64,000 nucleotides of DNA from a virus, in IMG/VR virus record IMGVR_UViG_3300046777_001793, positions 32,001 to 96,000 of that record, one strand, 5' to 3'. Below the pieces are notes generated by a model. That model made no database searches. It was not told the DNA's origin and saw nothing but the letters and a program-made list of their open reading frames with translations. Position numbers and translations under genes: made by a program. Below, piece after piece: positions 1-8,932 of the stretch (position 1 is its first letter; each line of letters opens with the position of its first letter).

Positions 1-840
1 AGATGTATAAGTATTACCAAACACAGTTGTTTCAATAAAAGGTGTGCCTAAAGCAGAAGCATATACATTAATATATTCAGAATTTGATAAATATCTTTTA
101 AATAAAATATTTCTAAAGTCAAAATTACATTCATTACCTTGACTATCTTTTCTATAAACTATTCTACCTTTTGTAGATCCACCTGTTTTTGGAAGTGTAT
201 ATAGAAAGTCATAGTAAATAATATCCTTTGGAAATGCAGGTTGAAAAGCAATAGGTGATAATGTGTTTGTAGTTATTGCTATAACAATTAATGGTTGAAT
301 AGGTCCTGATTTAATATTTGGTATTAAGATGGGTGTATTTCCATCAGTAGCATAATCAGGTTGTTCATATATAGTTTGAAAATCATTTATCAAATAATAT
401 TGACCTGGTGAAAATGCATTTGTTGATTGAAGAGTTGACATTTCTGACCAAGTTCTAGAAACAATATTTGAACCATTAGGAATTGATGTAATTAAAGTTT
501 GAGCCCAATCAACAACTTTTTCAATAGCTACATTTAATGTATCTCCTTCTTCAAATACTAATGTATTTGTTAAAGGTAAGTTAGCATTTTTATCACCTGA
601 AGCATGAGTCTTATTACAGAAAAAATCTACAATTCTAGATTGAACTTCTGATAAAGAATCTCCTGTTTCATAAACAGTTTCATTTTTACATTCTTTTCCA
701 TCTCCTGTATATATAACACATTCTGTAGGAATTATTTCAGGACATGGAGATGGTGTAGGGCAATTAACAGCACCACATGTTTCACAATGTACATTTTCTA
801 ATGTACTATTTTGATTTGCATTGCAAGTTGGACAACTCAT
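1..840 (-). CDS. Cys-rich N-terminal putative tail/fibre protein (runs off left edge)
   Basis: Not in ORF track; ATG at 840 reads MSCPTCNANQNSTLENVHCETCGAVNCPTPSPCPEIIPTECVIYTGDG... and stays open to base 1; N-terminal motif resembles 2308-2823. Confidence 0.7.
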   Translation of the reverse strand, partial: MSCPTCNANQNSTLENVHCETCGAVNCPTPSPCPEIIPTECVIYTGDGKECKNETVYETGDSLSEVQSRIVDFFCNKTHASGDKNANLPLTNTLVFEEGDTLNVAIEKVVDWAQTLITSIPNGSNIVSRTWSEMSTLQSTNAFSPGQYYLINDFQTIYEQPDYATDGNTPILIPNIKSGPIQPLIVIAITTNTLSPIAFQPAFPKDIIYYDFLYTLPKTGGSTKGRIVYRKDSQGNECNFDFRNILFKRYLSNSEYINVYASALGTPFIETTVFGNTYTS

Positions 841-842
841 AA

Positions 843-2306
843 TTATACTATTGATTTAGTTTGTAAATAATCTCTATATCCACTAGTTGTAAAAAAATAA
901 ATATCACAACCAATGCATTTAATTACTAGACCATATTCATAAAAGATATTTCCAAAAAAGTAATCAATTTGTTCTTTTGTAACTTCAGGGTTTGCTCTTT
1001 TAAAATTATCTAAAATAATACCTATACCACTTCTAGAATTAAATGAGTTTGCTTCTATTATATCGCCATACTTACTATAAGTAGAATCTGAAGTAGCATC
1101 ATATCTAAGTCTTTGAAGACTTTCATTGAAATTTGTTTTACAGCAAGGTGGTGTTTTGTCATACAAATCAAAACAAGGTTCTCTTCTTAATACTGTATCA
1201 CAATCTTCTTGAAAATTAAAATCAGGAAAAAAAGTATAAGTTGAAATTGTTGATGAATTTGCAACCCAAGTAGTATCATCAGAAAAAGCAATGTTTGTGT
1301 TATCTGAATACTTTGTTTCAGCAAGATTTTCCATTAACCAAACTTGAGTTCCAATCTTAACTGTAGCATACACTTTTCCATCATTTCCTGTATAGGAAGA
1401 TATTAAAGTTGGATTTTCTAATGAACTACTTCCGTCAACTAATGTTAGTTCTTGTAAAGTAGCAGGTCTAACTAAACGTATTGATAAACCTCTTTTTTTA
1501 TCAAGACCAATAATATTAGCATTAGAATCAGAATTTAATATTTTTAAAGCAATAGCTTTTGTTGAATCAGTAGGATCAACTGTAGTAGTCCACATTGAAA
1601 AAGAATATCTAAGTTGATCATACGTTCCTGTTTCATCCATAAAGCCTGCTCCTAATGCACTAAATTTACTTTTATTAGTTGCACCAACATTAGCTTGCCA
1701 ATGAGATGTTGAATTAGATTCACCAAGTTCTTTTAATTTACCGCCAGCCTCAAATGTTCCGCCTAAATAATTTACTAATAAATTTAAATCTAATTGACTT
1801 GGTATTTTCCAACCATCTATGGCATTAACAACACTTTTTGTTCCACTAATAACATTAAAGTTATATAAATGACCATAACCAAAACAAATTGCTTTATTTC
1901 TTGTTAAAATAAATGTATCATCTTGATAATCAATCAACTGATCATTAGGTAAAGCTAAATTTACACAACATTCAAATTTTCTTGAAGCATCAAATAAAAG
2001 TTCATGATGTTGAGGATTATCATTATTTAATCCATCATACACTATAATACTTTTGAATTGAGTATAAGAACCTAAAAAATAAAAACCATGTTCTGAATTA
2101 CAATCAGGACAACAATACTTACTGTTAACATTTGAAAGTATAATGCTATCATTATTCATTAATGTTGAATAAGCATCTCTATAAATATCAGCACTTGATA
2201 AATCACCATCTCTTGCAATATTATGAAGTAAACCCATAAGATAATTTAATGGGTTAATGCATAATGATACATCACATGGTACAATATTTTCTTTTACACA
2301 TTCCAT
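843..2306 (-). CDS. Cys-rich virion protein with inserted, circularly permuted Fib_succ_major (FISUMP) domain
   Basis: Motifs YGHLYNF, GWKIPS, LGG..EAGGKLKE, GATNKSKFSAL, GLSIRLVR, then GNDGKVYATVKIGTQVWLMENL. Confidence 0.7.
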   Translation of the reverse strand: MECVKENIVPCDVSLCINPLNYLMGLLHNIARDGDLSSADIYRDAYSTLMNNDSIILSNVNSKYCCPDCNSEHGFYFLGSYTQFKSIIVYDGLNNDNPQHHELLFDASRKFECCVNLALPNDQLIDYQDDTFILTRNKAICFGYGHLYNFNVISGTKSVVNAIDGWKIPSQLDLNLLVNYLGGTFEAGGKLKELGESNSTSHWQANVGATNKSKFSALGAGFMDETGTYDQLRYSFSMWTTTVDPTDSTKAIALKILNSDSNANIIGLDKKRGLSIRLVRPATLQELTLVDGSSSLENPTLISSYTGNDGKVYATVKIGTQVWLMENLAETKYSDNTNIAFSDDTTWVANSSTISTYTFFPDFNFQEDCDTVLRREPCFDLYDKTPPCCKTNFNESLQRLRYDATSDSTYSKYGDIIEANSFNSRSGIGIILDNFKRANPEVTKEQIDYFFGNIFYEYGLVIKCIGCDIYFFTTSGYRDYLQTKSIV

Positions 2307-2307
2307 A

Positions 2308-2823
2308 TTACACTCCAGTTATTGAATTAACAGTTGATTCAAGGTTAGAAACTTTAGATGTTAAGTTTGCAATAGTTGCATTTAAATTTGCAATAGTTGC
2401 AGTTTGATTACAAACATATTGTCCTAATACTCCAACCATAGTATCAATTGAAACAAATGAACCACCAGCTAAACCTTGTAAACAAGTTGCAACACCTACT
2501 TCTACATCAGCTAATGATTCTGCTGTTACAGGTGCAGTTGTTGTATTTTTTATTTCACAAATTTCATCAATGATTATTTGAAACAATTCATTAAAAGTTT
2601 CAGGCGGACAATCAGTTAAATCCAAACAAGAAAAATCCAAATTCTTTGGACTTAATTGCTCCATGATTTTACATATCTTATCTGCAATTCCTGCAACTAC
2701 ATCAGAAACTGTATCACCATTACATAGATTTAAGAATGGTATAGAAGGTCCTTGCCACACAACACAATTACTTGATGTTGTAGCGCAACCTGATGGTTTT
2801 GTATTTTTTGGTATTCCGGACAT
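2308..2823 (-). CDS. Cys-rich putative structural protein with C-terminal coiled coil
   Basis: SNCVVWQGP...GDTVSDVV motif; heptad repeat TIANLNATIANL; late-module context. Confidence 0.55.
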   Translation of the reverse strand: MSGIPKNTKPSGCATTSSNCVVWQGPSIPFLNLCNGDTVSDVVAGIADKICKIMEQLSPKNLDFSCLDLTDCPPETFNELFQIIIDEICEIKNTTTAPVTAESLADVEVGVATCLQGLAGGSFVSIDTMVGVLGQYVCNQTATIANLNATIANLTSKVSNLESTVNSITGV

Positions 2824-2850
2824 AATATAATATAATAAATTTTTTGCAGT

Positions 2851-3420
2851 TTAACAAGTTGGACAATGAGTTTTTGAACTATCAATTAAATCTAACTTGA
2901 GTATGTTAAAGTTTAGTTTTGCTGTAAACATATCTTGCGGACAGCAAAATTTAACACCCATTCTTTCTGATAACATATTTTGATACATAGCTGTAGCAAA
3001 ATCACACATTACAGAAACAGCACGTTTAGGATCTACATCATTTGGTAAAGCTGGTTCAGCATATACTGTTCTTCCTGTGCTAGTAATTATTGCTGGTTTT
3101 GATTTAGGTTTATTAGTATCAAATTCAGCCTCTAATAAAAACTCTGAATAGTTTAATAACTCATAATCATCAGCACATTCAATCTCTTCTAATCTATAAC
3201 AACCTTCAATTGAAACCTCATCAATTGTTTTAAAGCTTGTCATTTTTTTGGTAACAATCTTTTCAGGATCTAAATTGTTATTATAAGTTCCATCATAAAT
3301 AAATGCAGTAGGTTTACCATTTACAGTTATTGGTTCATTTGAATCACAACAAACTATAATGTAAAAAATACGGTTAGTATCTCCAAATGAAAAAGATACA
3401 AATTCATTAGATTGTGCCAT
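2851..3420 (-). CDS. Cys-rich putative structural protein
   Basis: 189 aa ORF with CC pairs, tightly packed in the late operon. Confidence 0.5.
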   Translation of the reverse strand: MAQSNEFVSFSFGDTNRIFYIIVCCDSNEPITVNGKPTAFIYDGTYNNNLDPEKIVTKKMTSFKTIDEVSIEGCYRLEEIECADDYELLNYSEFLLEAEFDTNKPKSKPAIITSTGRTVYAEPALPNDVDPKRAVSVMCDFATAMYQNMLSERMGVKFCCPQDMFTAKLNFNILKLDLIDSSKTHCPTC

Positions 3421-3421
3421 T

Positions 3422-3601
3422 TTATTCTTTTTTATTAAACCTATTTGGATCTAAATCTGCAATAGGTGTAACCGGAGTTACTTCTTGTTGTTTTAATACT
3501 ATACTTACACATTTTGAACAAACAACCCTATTGTTTGCCATTGTGATTAAATAACTACCTGTACATGTACAAGTATTACAATTAGGACACGTTCTTGCCA
3601 T
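3422..3601 (-). CDS. small Cys-rich protein
   Basis: Start reassigned to MARTCPNCNTCTCTGS...CSKC directly after the upstream stop. Confidence 0.55.
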   Translation of the reverse strand: MARTCPNCNTCTCTGSYLITMANNRVVCSKCVSIVLKQQEVTPVTPIADLDPNRFNKKE

Positions 3602-3602
3602 C

Positions 3603-4148
3603 TTAGTATAATTTACATGAATACTCTGATAATAACTTGTTAGCGTAATTATATAAAGCCATTCCTGCATCAACATCACTACAATATTCTACTTTAGCTT
3701 TTGCTGCTTCAACATAATTATCAATTAATGTCAATTGTTGCATTTTTTTTCCAACTTCAACACTTGGTTCACAAGCTCCTAATGTAAGGTTACACCATTC
3801 TCTTTTTAGTTTTTGCTTTAACACAGACACACGTAAGTGGTCATATTCCACATAAACTTTTTCATTTGGTGATTGAGAATACTTTACTGTATAAACACCA
3901 TCAGGAATTGGTTGTGATTCTGTACCACAATCTTCTTTTTGTAAACCTAAATCACAAGCTGTCAGATTTAAAATAAAATCTTTTGGTAATTCTGAAAGAG
4001 TTACACAATCATTAAATCCAGGAACAGAAATTTGTAATGTAGGACACACTCTTGGTACAAGATCATTGTAAGTTGAAATGTCTTCAATTCTTAAAACACA
4101 CTCTGCTAAAATATCAGGAATGTTTAGGTTTAATTTGTTTGCTAACAT
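3603..4148 (-). CDS. Cys-rich putative structural (tail-associated) protein
   Basis: ORF with ATG at 4148, immediately after a promoter-like element. Confidence 0.55.
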   Translation of the reverse strand: MLANKLNLNIPDILAECVLRIEDISTYNDLVPRVCPTLQISVPGFNDCVTLSELPKDFILNLTACDLGLQKEDCGTESQPIPDGVYTVKYSQSPNEKVYVEYDHLRVSVLKQKLKREWCNLTLGACEPSVEVGKKMQQLTLIDNYVEAAKAKVEYCSDVDAGMALYNYANKLLSEYSCKLY

Positions 4149-4154
4149 AATGGT

Positions 4155-4162
4155 CAAATATA
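4155..4162 (-). promoter_or_regulatory. Bacteroidota -7 promoter element TAnnTTTG
   Basis: Minus strand TATATTTG; same element at 8569-8576, 11892-11899, 19820-19827 and 28274-28281, each in an intergenic gap upstream of a minus-strand gene. Confidence 0.5.
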
Positions 4163-4169
4163 TAAAAAA

Positions 4170-4203
4170 AATGGAGAATAGAGAAACCCCCTACTCTCCA
4201 TTT
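4170..4203 (-). terminator. intrinsic terminator
   Basis: ATGGAG...CTCCAT stem with A-run on its left (U-tract on minus strand). Confidence 0.6.
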
Positions 4204-4224
4204 TAGAGTTTTTAAAAACCTATC

Positions 4225-5730
4225 TTATAATGCATCATACACATAAGGAGTGTGAGCATCAGATTGCAATGTAATTGGGTTATTTGCTTGAGCTAAGAAA
4301 TTAGCAACAAATGTTTCAAATGCAGTTGCAGCACCAAACGTATTTGGTATATAGATAGTCAATGCGTATTGATCATTGTCAAATACACCTGAAGGGTTAC
4401 TTACTCTTGGAACTGAATGTACCAATACGTAACGTGTATATTTAACATTTCTATCTACAGCATCATAGATGTCATTTCCTTGGTTGATTTCACGTAAACG
4501 CATATCATCATGGAAATGATTTGTCAAATAAGACTCATCTAATATGATGTTACGTAAAACTGACTCACCGTAACCTTGACCTTGGTATCCAGGAGTTTCT
4601 TCAACTGTACATAAACCTTCAAACTCACATGGTAAACCTGCTAAGTCAACTAATTGAGCTTTGATACGTACAATCTCTCTTTCATAAAAATCAGATTTTT
4701 GGAAAGATGTTTTACCAAACTTAGTTTCAACGTAAGCACCTTCTAAACGTAAACCAGCAGTTTTACCTGCAACGTGAGCTGGAGCAGTAGCTTCATAAGC
4801 TTCCATAGCAGCTAATGTATCTAACTTAGTTCCATCTTCAGCATAAACAATTGGTTTAACAAAATCTTTTAAGAATACATCATTCAAGATTTGTTTAGCC
4901 CAGTTGATCATAACTAAAGTAGAGTTTACAGGAGATGGTGCAGCACCAGGAGCACAGCATCCTGTGTAAGCAGCTAATCTACGGTAAGCATCATGATTCA
5001 AGAAACGTAATACAGGAGAACCCCATAAGTTTACTTGTAAGTTATATGTTTCGCCACATAAAAACTCAAAATCACATACAGCAGTTAATGTAAATGTTGC
5101 TGGAGTACCAGTTCCAGGAGTATAAGTAACTACATCACCTACTTTGTATCCTTTACCTCTATTAACAATAGAAACCGCTGTAACAACGTTACCTGCAACA
5201 GTAATTTTAATTGTTAATCCTGTACCAGAACCACCTGTAGTAGCTAAACCACCTACAACTGAAGAAGTACCGTTGGTTAAACCTGAACCAGGAGTTGTAA
5301 TTACAATACCAGTATGGTAGTTAGTGTTACCAATGTGAACAACATTTTGTTCTGCATCAGCACCTACTGATTTGTAAAATGCATTTACAAAACGTGGGTT
5401 AATAAGTTTTGACTTATTTGATTCAGCATAACCACCATGGAAAGGACCAATTTTATCATTAGTCAACAATGAAGTTGAAGCTAAAATTAAAGGTTTTCCT
5501 GGGTTAGCAGTTACCCATGCATTATCAACAGAAACATAAGTATTTGCTGTAAAGAAACCAAATACTTTCTTGTCAGCAACTTCTGTACCTAATTGTGCAT
5601 TTTGTGCTAACTCTTTTGTATGAAGACCTGCAGTTAACAAGAATCCATCTTCTACACTAACACCACCAGTGTTAAACGTAGGCTTTGTACCTAAAAATGA
5701 TTTGCGGTACGCATGATTAAAATAACTCAT
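4225..5730 (-). CDS. crAss-like virion structural protein (auxiliary capsid type) with Gly/Thr-rich inserted beta domain
   Basis: 501 aa, downstream of MCP; insert GGSGTGLTIKITVAGNVVTAVSIVNRGKGYKVGDVVT is typical of phage structural proteins. Confidence 0.6.
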   Translation of the reverse strand: MSYFNHAYRKSFLGTKPTFNTGGVSVEDGFLLTAGLHTKELAQNAQLGTEVADKKVFGFFTANTYVSVDNAWVTANPGKPLILASTSLLTNDKIGPFHGGYAESNKSKLINPRFVNAFYKSVGADAEQNVVHIGNTNYHTGIVITTPGSGLTNGTSSVVGGLATTGGSGTGLTIKITVAGNVVTAVSIVNRGKGYKVGDVVTYTPGTGTPATFTLTAVCDFEFLCGETYNLQVNLWGSPVLRFLNHDAYRRLAAYTGCCAPGAAPSPVNSTLVMINWAKQILNDVFLKDFVKPIVYAEDGTKLDTLAAMEAYEATAPAHVAGKTAGLRLEGAYVETKFGKTSFQKSDFYEREIVRIKAQLVDLAGLPCEFEGLCTVEETPGYQGQGYGESVLRNIILDESYLTNHFHDDMRLREINQGNDIYDAVDRNVKYTRYVLVHSVPRVSNPSGVFDNDQYALTIYIPNTFGAATAFETFVANFLAQANNPITLQSDAHTPYVYDAL

Positions 5731-5795
5731 TTTTTATTTTTTTAATTAATAAACAATATAAAGAATATACTAAAAAATTTTTAATTATCAAAATT

Positions 5796-5933
5796 TTAGC
5801 AACTTCCTTTTTTCATTGAACCACCCATTTTCTTTTTTGGAGTAGCTTTTTGCATCCATGGTGGCATTTTTTTACCACTAGCTGCTGCTGCTTTTGCAGG
5901 TTTTTTAGCCGAAGCTTTTTTCATTGTAGCCAT
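5796..5933 (-). CDS. small Lys/Ala-rich basic protein (45 aa)
   Basis: MATMKKASAKKPAKAAAASGKKMPPWMQKATPKKKMGGSMKKGSC; below track cutoff; packs between neighbours. Confidence 0.65.
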   Translation of the reverse strand: MATMKKASAKKPAKAAAASGKKMPPWMQKATPKKKMGGSMKKGSC

Positions 5934-5935
5934 TT

Positions 5936-6082
5936 TTATTTGTTTTTAGATTTAATTTTTTTCTCTTGTTTAAGCATTTCTTTTGTAGGTTTTTTACCAG
6001 AACCTTTATTGTCACGTATATTATCCCACAAACCTCTTTGTGAAACACTACCGTCTTTTCTTTTTAACATTTGCTTTGCCAT
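5936..6082 (-). CDS. small basic protein (48 aa)
   Basis: MAKQMLKRKDGSVSQRGLWDNIRDNKGSGKKPTKEMLKQEKKIKSKNK; 1-2 nt spacing to neighbours. Confidence 0.65.
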   Translation of the reverse strand: MAKQMLKRKDGSVSQRGLWDNIRDNKGSGKKPTKEMLKQEKKIKSKNK

Positions 6083-6083
6083 C

Positions 6084-6527
6084 TTATGAAAGGAATGTTA
6101 ATTTGTACATTAATGAATTGATACTTGATTTTGCAGTATCTAAATCATTTACAATTTCAGAATAACACATGTATTCTTGTAATTCGCAAATCATTGCTTT
6201 TAATTCTTTAGCATAAGCAATACCTTCTTCTTTAGTATTTAAAGTACGTGGTGTAATCTCTACATAAGAAAGTAATTCACATGTAGCACCTTGATATTGT
6301 TCTGCTAATGTATCTGCATGACCAGGTAATGCATCATAAATTTCATTTAATGCTGCGTGTGCTGCATAAGATCCAGGACCTGTAATTTTTAAATGTAACT
6401 TATGAAATGCAGTTCTTGCATTCATTAATTCAGAAACACAAGCAGCAGTCATTGATGAACAATCTTTTAATGTTTGTTGCATCACCGGTTGTCTTGAAAA
6501 CAATAAGTTTCTTTTTGGAGCATCCAT
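6084..6527 (-). CDS. ferritin/Dps-like four-helix protein (DUF5856-like)
   Basis: FHKLHL...SYAAHAALNEIYD...ADTLAEQYQG pattern. Confidence 0.7.
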   Translation of the reverse strand: MDAPKRNLLFSRQPVMQQTLKDCSSMTAACVSELMNARTAFHKLHLKITGPGSYAAHAALNEIYDALPGHADTLAEQYQGATCELLSYVEITPRTLNTKEEGIAYAKELKAMICELQEYMCYSEIVNDLDTAKSSINSLMYKLTFLS

Positions 6528-6532
6528 TATTA

Positions 6533-7234
6533 TTAGTTATTAGTTTCTACGTAATTATCAGTTAATTGATTTGCTGTAATATTTTCAATATCTCCTGCAA
6601 TTATTTTAGATGCTTCATCAATAAATAATTCTACCAAATCATCTTTAAATTCTGATTCTACAGTTTTCTTTGATGATTCTCCTGTGTAAGGATTAGACAC
6701 ACCAATAATTTCAATCTTATTAGGGAATCTATAATAAACAAGATTACCTGATGTAATTTCAAATTCATTATTGGTATAGACTTTTACTTTGTTATTTGCA
6801 AGGTTGCAAAAAGTTTCAGCCCATTGAAAATTTGGTTTACGGTGATGATTTCTAAGTAGCTCATCTGTATCACCTTCTCTACTTAAATAAATCATCATAG
6901 GTCTTTCATCACAACAACCAGATTTAGCTTTAGCATTAATACGCTTCCATTCCATAAAGTCTTTTGGAATATCTGCTTGATAAAATCCATCTTTCTTTTT
7001 TAAAGCTAAAGGTTTTTCTATAAGTAAAACTTGAAGATCTGTGATTCTTCTTTTAGAAGATTCATCTCCTTCTTTAAAGTGGTTATAACCATGTAAGTTT
7101 CTTCTTACCCAAGATATAGTTGCTTTATTAAAGGCTTCTACAATTCTCCAATCAGTAATGTTATCATAATCATTACTGGCAAGTTTATTTAACCTTTGTC
7201 TTACTTTTAATAGAATAACCTGATTTGAAATCAT
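6533..7234 (-). CDS. crAss-like ring/head-tail connector protein
   Basis: LNKLASNDYDN...FNKA, DESSKRRITDLQVLL, YYRFP pattern and position. Confidence 0.55.
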   Translation of the reverse strand: MISNQVILLKVRQRLNKLASNDYDNITDWRIVEAFNKATISWVRRNLHGYNHFKEGDESSKRRITDLQVLLIEKPLALKKKDGFYQADIPKDFMEWKRINAKAKSGCCDERPMMIYLSREGDTDELLRNHHRKPNFQWAETFCNLANNKVKVYTNNEFEITSGNLVYYRFPNKIEIIGVSNPYTGESSKKTVESEFKDDLVELFIDEASKIIAGDIENITANQLTDNYVETNN

Positions 7235-7398
7235 TACTTAACTTTTTTTAAATTAGGGTTTTTTGCCTTAGCTGCCGGAGATGCTTTGCGAGCAGAAGCT
7301 GCAAGTATTGCACCTGCAGCTTTCTCACTTATACCTTGTTTCTTAGCAATGTTTTTTTGAGCTGCTTTAAAGCCCATTCCTTTTTTAACTTTTGCCAT
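7234..7398 (-). CDS. small basic protein (54 aa)
   Basis: MAKVKKGMGFKAAQKNIAKKQGISEKAAGAILAASARKASPAAKAKNPNLKKVK; stop overlaps next start (TAATG). Confidence 0.65.
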   Translation of the reverse strand: MAKVKKGMGFKAAQKNIAKKQGISEKAAGAILAASARKASPAAKAKNPNLKKVK

Positions 7399-7399
7399 T

Positions 7400-7543
7400 T
7401 TACTTTTTACGTTTTACTTTTCCACCATAACGCATTTCATCAAGACCTTGTGAAACAGGTTTGCTAAAATTTTTAACTATTTTTCCACCATCACCCATTT
7501 TAGGTAATGATTTTTTTTTAACTGGTTTTTTAATTGCCGACAT
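7400..7543 (-). CDS. small basic protein (47 aa)
   Basis: MSAIKKPVKKKSLPKMGDGGKIVKNFSKPVSQGLDEMRYGGKVKRKK. Confidence 0.6.
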   Translation of the reverse strand: MSAIKKPVKKKSLPKMGDGGKIVKNFSKPVSQGLDEMRYGGKVKRKK

Positions 7544-7554
7544 GTTATTTAATT

Positions 7555-8544
7555 TTATTGAGCCCACATTTGTTCAACTTTAGCCATTAATGTGTCAAGG
7601 ACATCATCATTAGCTGGATTTTTCAAGAACTCTAATGCTTCAGCAGTATTTCTACCCATTAATGCATTAGAAGAAGTTTCATAAAGAACACCATCAGACT
7701 TAGCAGCAATAAATTTAACAAAGACAGCATCTTTGATTATTGCTTTAAGTTTTAAGTCTTCATTACTCATTTCAGATAAATCAATGAAATTTTGAGCTGC
7801 ACGCTTAACGCTTCCTTCAAAACTTAAACCATTGATGTATCTATCTAAATTGCTGTAAATAGTATCAGCCAATGTTCTATTGGTATATTGAATACTATTA
7901 CCATCAATTGATTTAATGATATAGAATAATTTTCTTTGCTCATCATCAGCCATTTCATCAAGGATTGATAATGCGCGGTTACGGATTTTAGTAACAGAAA
8001 TTTTAGATGCAACTGTATCTATCTCTCTATCTAAATACCACTTCTTGTTGAATTTTCTTGCATCATCATAAGATGGAGCAACAAGTGAAAATCCACCACC
8101 TTCTACCGCTTTGATAATCATTAAGTGATCAAGGTTGTTTGCTGGATCAAGAATTAAATCATCATTTCCTAATTTCAACATTAACTTACCAAACACTTCT
8201 GTATTATCAGAACGGAAGGTTTCTACTTTAGTCCAAAAATCTTTATCTTCTGGATCTATCTGATTAAATGCTCTTTCTCTTTCAAGGGTAGCAACTGTTT
8301 CTCTAATGTCTTTAATAACAGCAGCTTTTTTCTTTTCATCCTTAATTGATTTTACATAAGGAGCAAATTCATTAAGACCTGTTAAATAAACAGTTCTACC
8401 ATTTTGTTCAATTGCCGCTAAACTTTCAACTTGAAAAGTATTAGGGAATACTACATAATTGTAATTTTCCAATCCCATATTTTCAATGGTTGGATCACAA
8501 TAAGCTTTAATTCTAACTTTTGATGTTTTTGAATTTTGTGTCAT
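7555..8544 (-). CDS. conserved crAss-like capsid-module protein
   Basis: Long ORF next to MCP; ATG at 8544 preferred over TTG at 8571 because of the leader shared with 11846. Confidence 0.55.
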   Translation of the reverse strand: MTQNSKTSKVRIKAYCDPTIENMGLENYNYVVFPNTFQVESLAAIEQNGRTVYLTGLNEFAPYVKSIKDEKKKAAVIKDIRETVATLERERAFNQIDPEDKDFWTKVETFRSDNTEVFGKLMLKLGNDDLILDPANNLDHLMIIKAVEGGGFSLVAPSYDDARKFNKKWYLDREIDTVASKISVTKIRNRALSILDEMADDEQRKLFYIIKSIDGNSIQYTNRTLADTIYSNLDRYINGLSFEGSVKRAAQNFIDLSEMSNEDLKLKAIIKDAVFVKFIAAKSDGVLYETSSNALMGRNTAEALEFLKNPANDDVLDTLMAKVEQMWAQ

Positions 8545-8612
8545 AATTTTTGTTGGTTGGTTTTCTGACAAATTTAATAAAAAAGCAGGCCAATTTAATG
8601 ACCTGCTAAATT

Positions 8613-8870
8613 TTATGATAATGCATTAATAATTGCATTAAGTTTAGATTCAATTGCATCTAAACGTGTTTCTACTTCTCCTCTTAGACCTGTTACAGTT
8701 GTACCAGCTAAATCAGTAGATGCAGGTAATACTCCTACTGTACTTACAGCTTTAGCAAGATTTTCTAAAGCAGCATTAACATGTGCAATACGTGCAAATG
8801 CGTGTTCAGAAAAAGGTGCTTTTTCCAATACTGGATCTGGACTTTGAGTTTTTACTTTAGTAATTGACAT
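8613..8870 (-). CDS. small virion-module protein with coiled-coil C-terminus
   Basis: ORF between two terminator-like hairpins (8583-8607, 8889-8915). Confidence 0.55.
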   Translation of the reverse strand: MSITKVKTQSPDPVLEKAPFSEHAFARIAHVNAALENLAKAVSTVGVLPASTDLAGTTVTGLRGEVETRLDAIESKLNAIINALS

Positions 8871-8888
8871 AGTTTTATTGTTTTAAAA

Positions 8889-8915
8889 AAGAAACCGGCA
8901 CTGAACCGGTTTCTT
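8889..8915 (-). terminator. intrinsic terminator after MCP
   Basis: AAGAAACCGG-CACTGAA-CCGGTTTCTT inverted repeat with A-run on its left. Confidence 0.65.
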
Positions 8916-8932
8916 TATATTAATAACTAAGA

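Noticed and set aside
843-2306. Diversity-generating retroelement targeting the FISUMP domain
   Set aside because: No reverse transcriptase or template-repeat copy seen in the window
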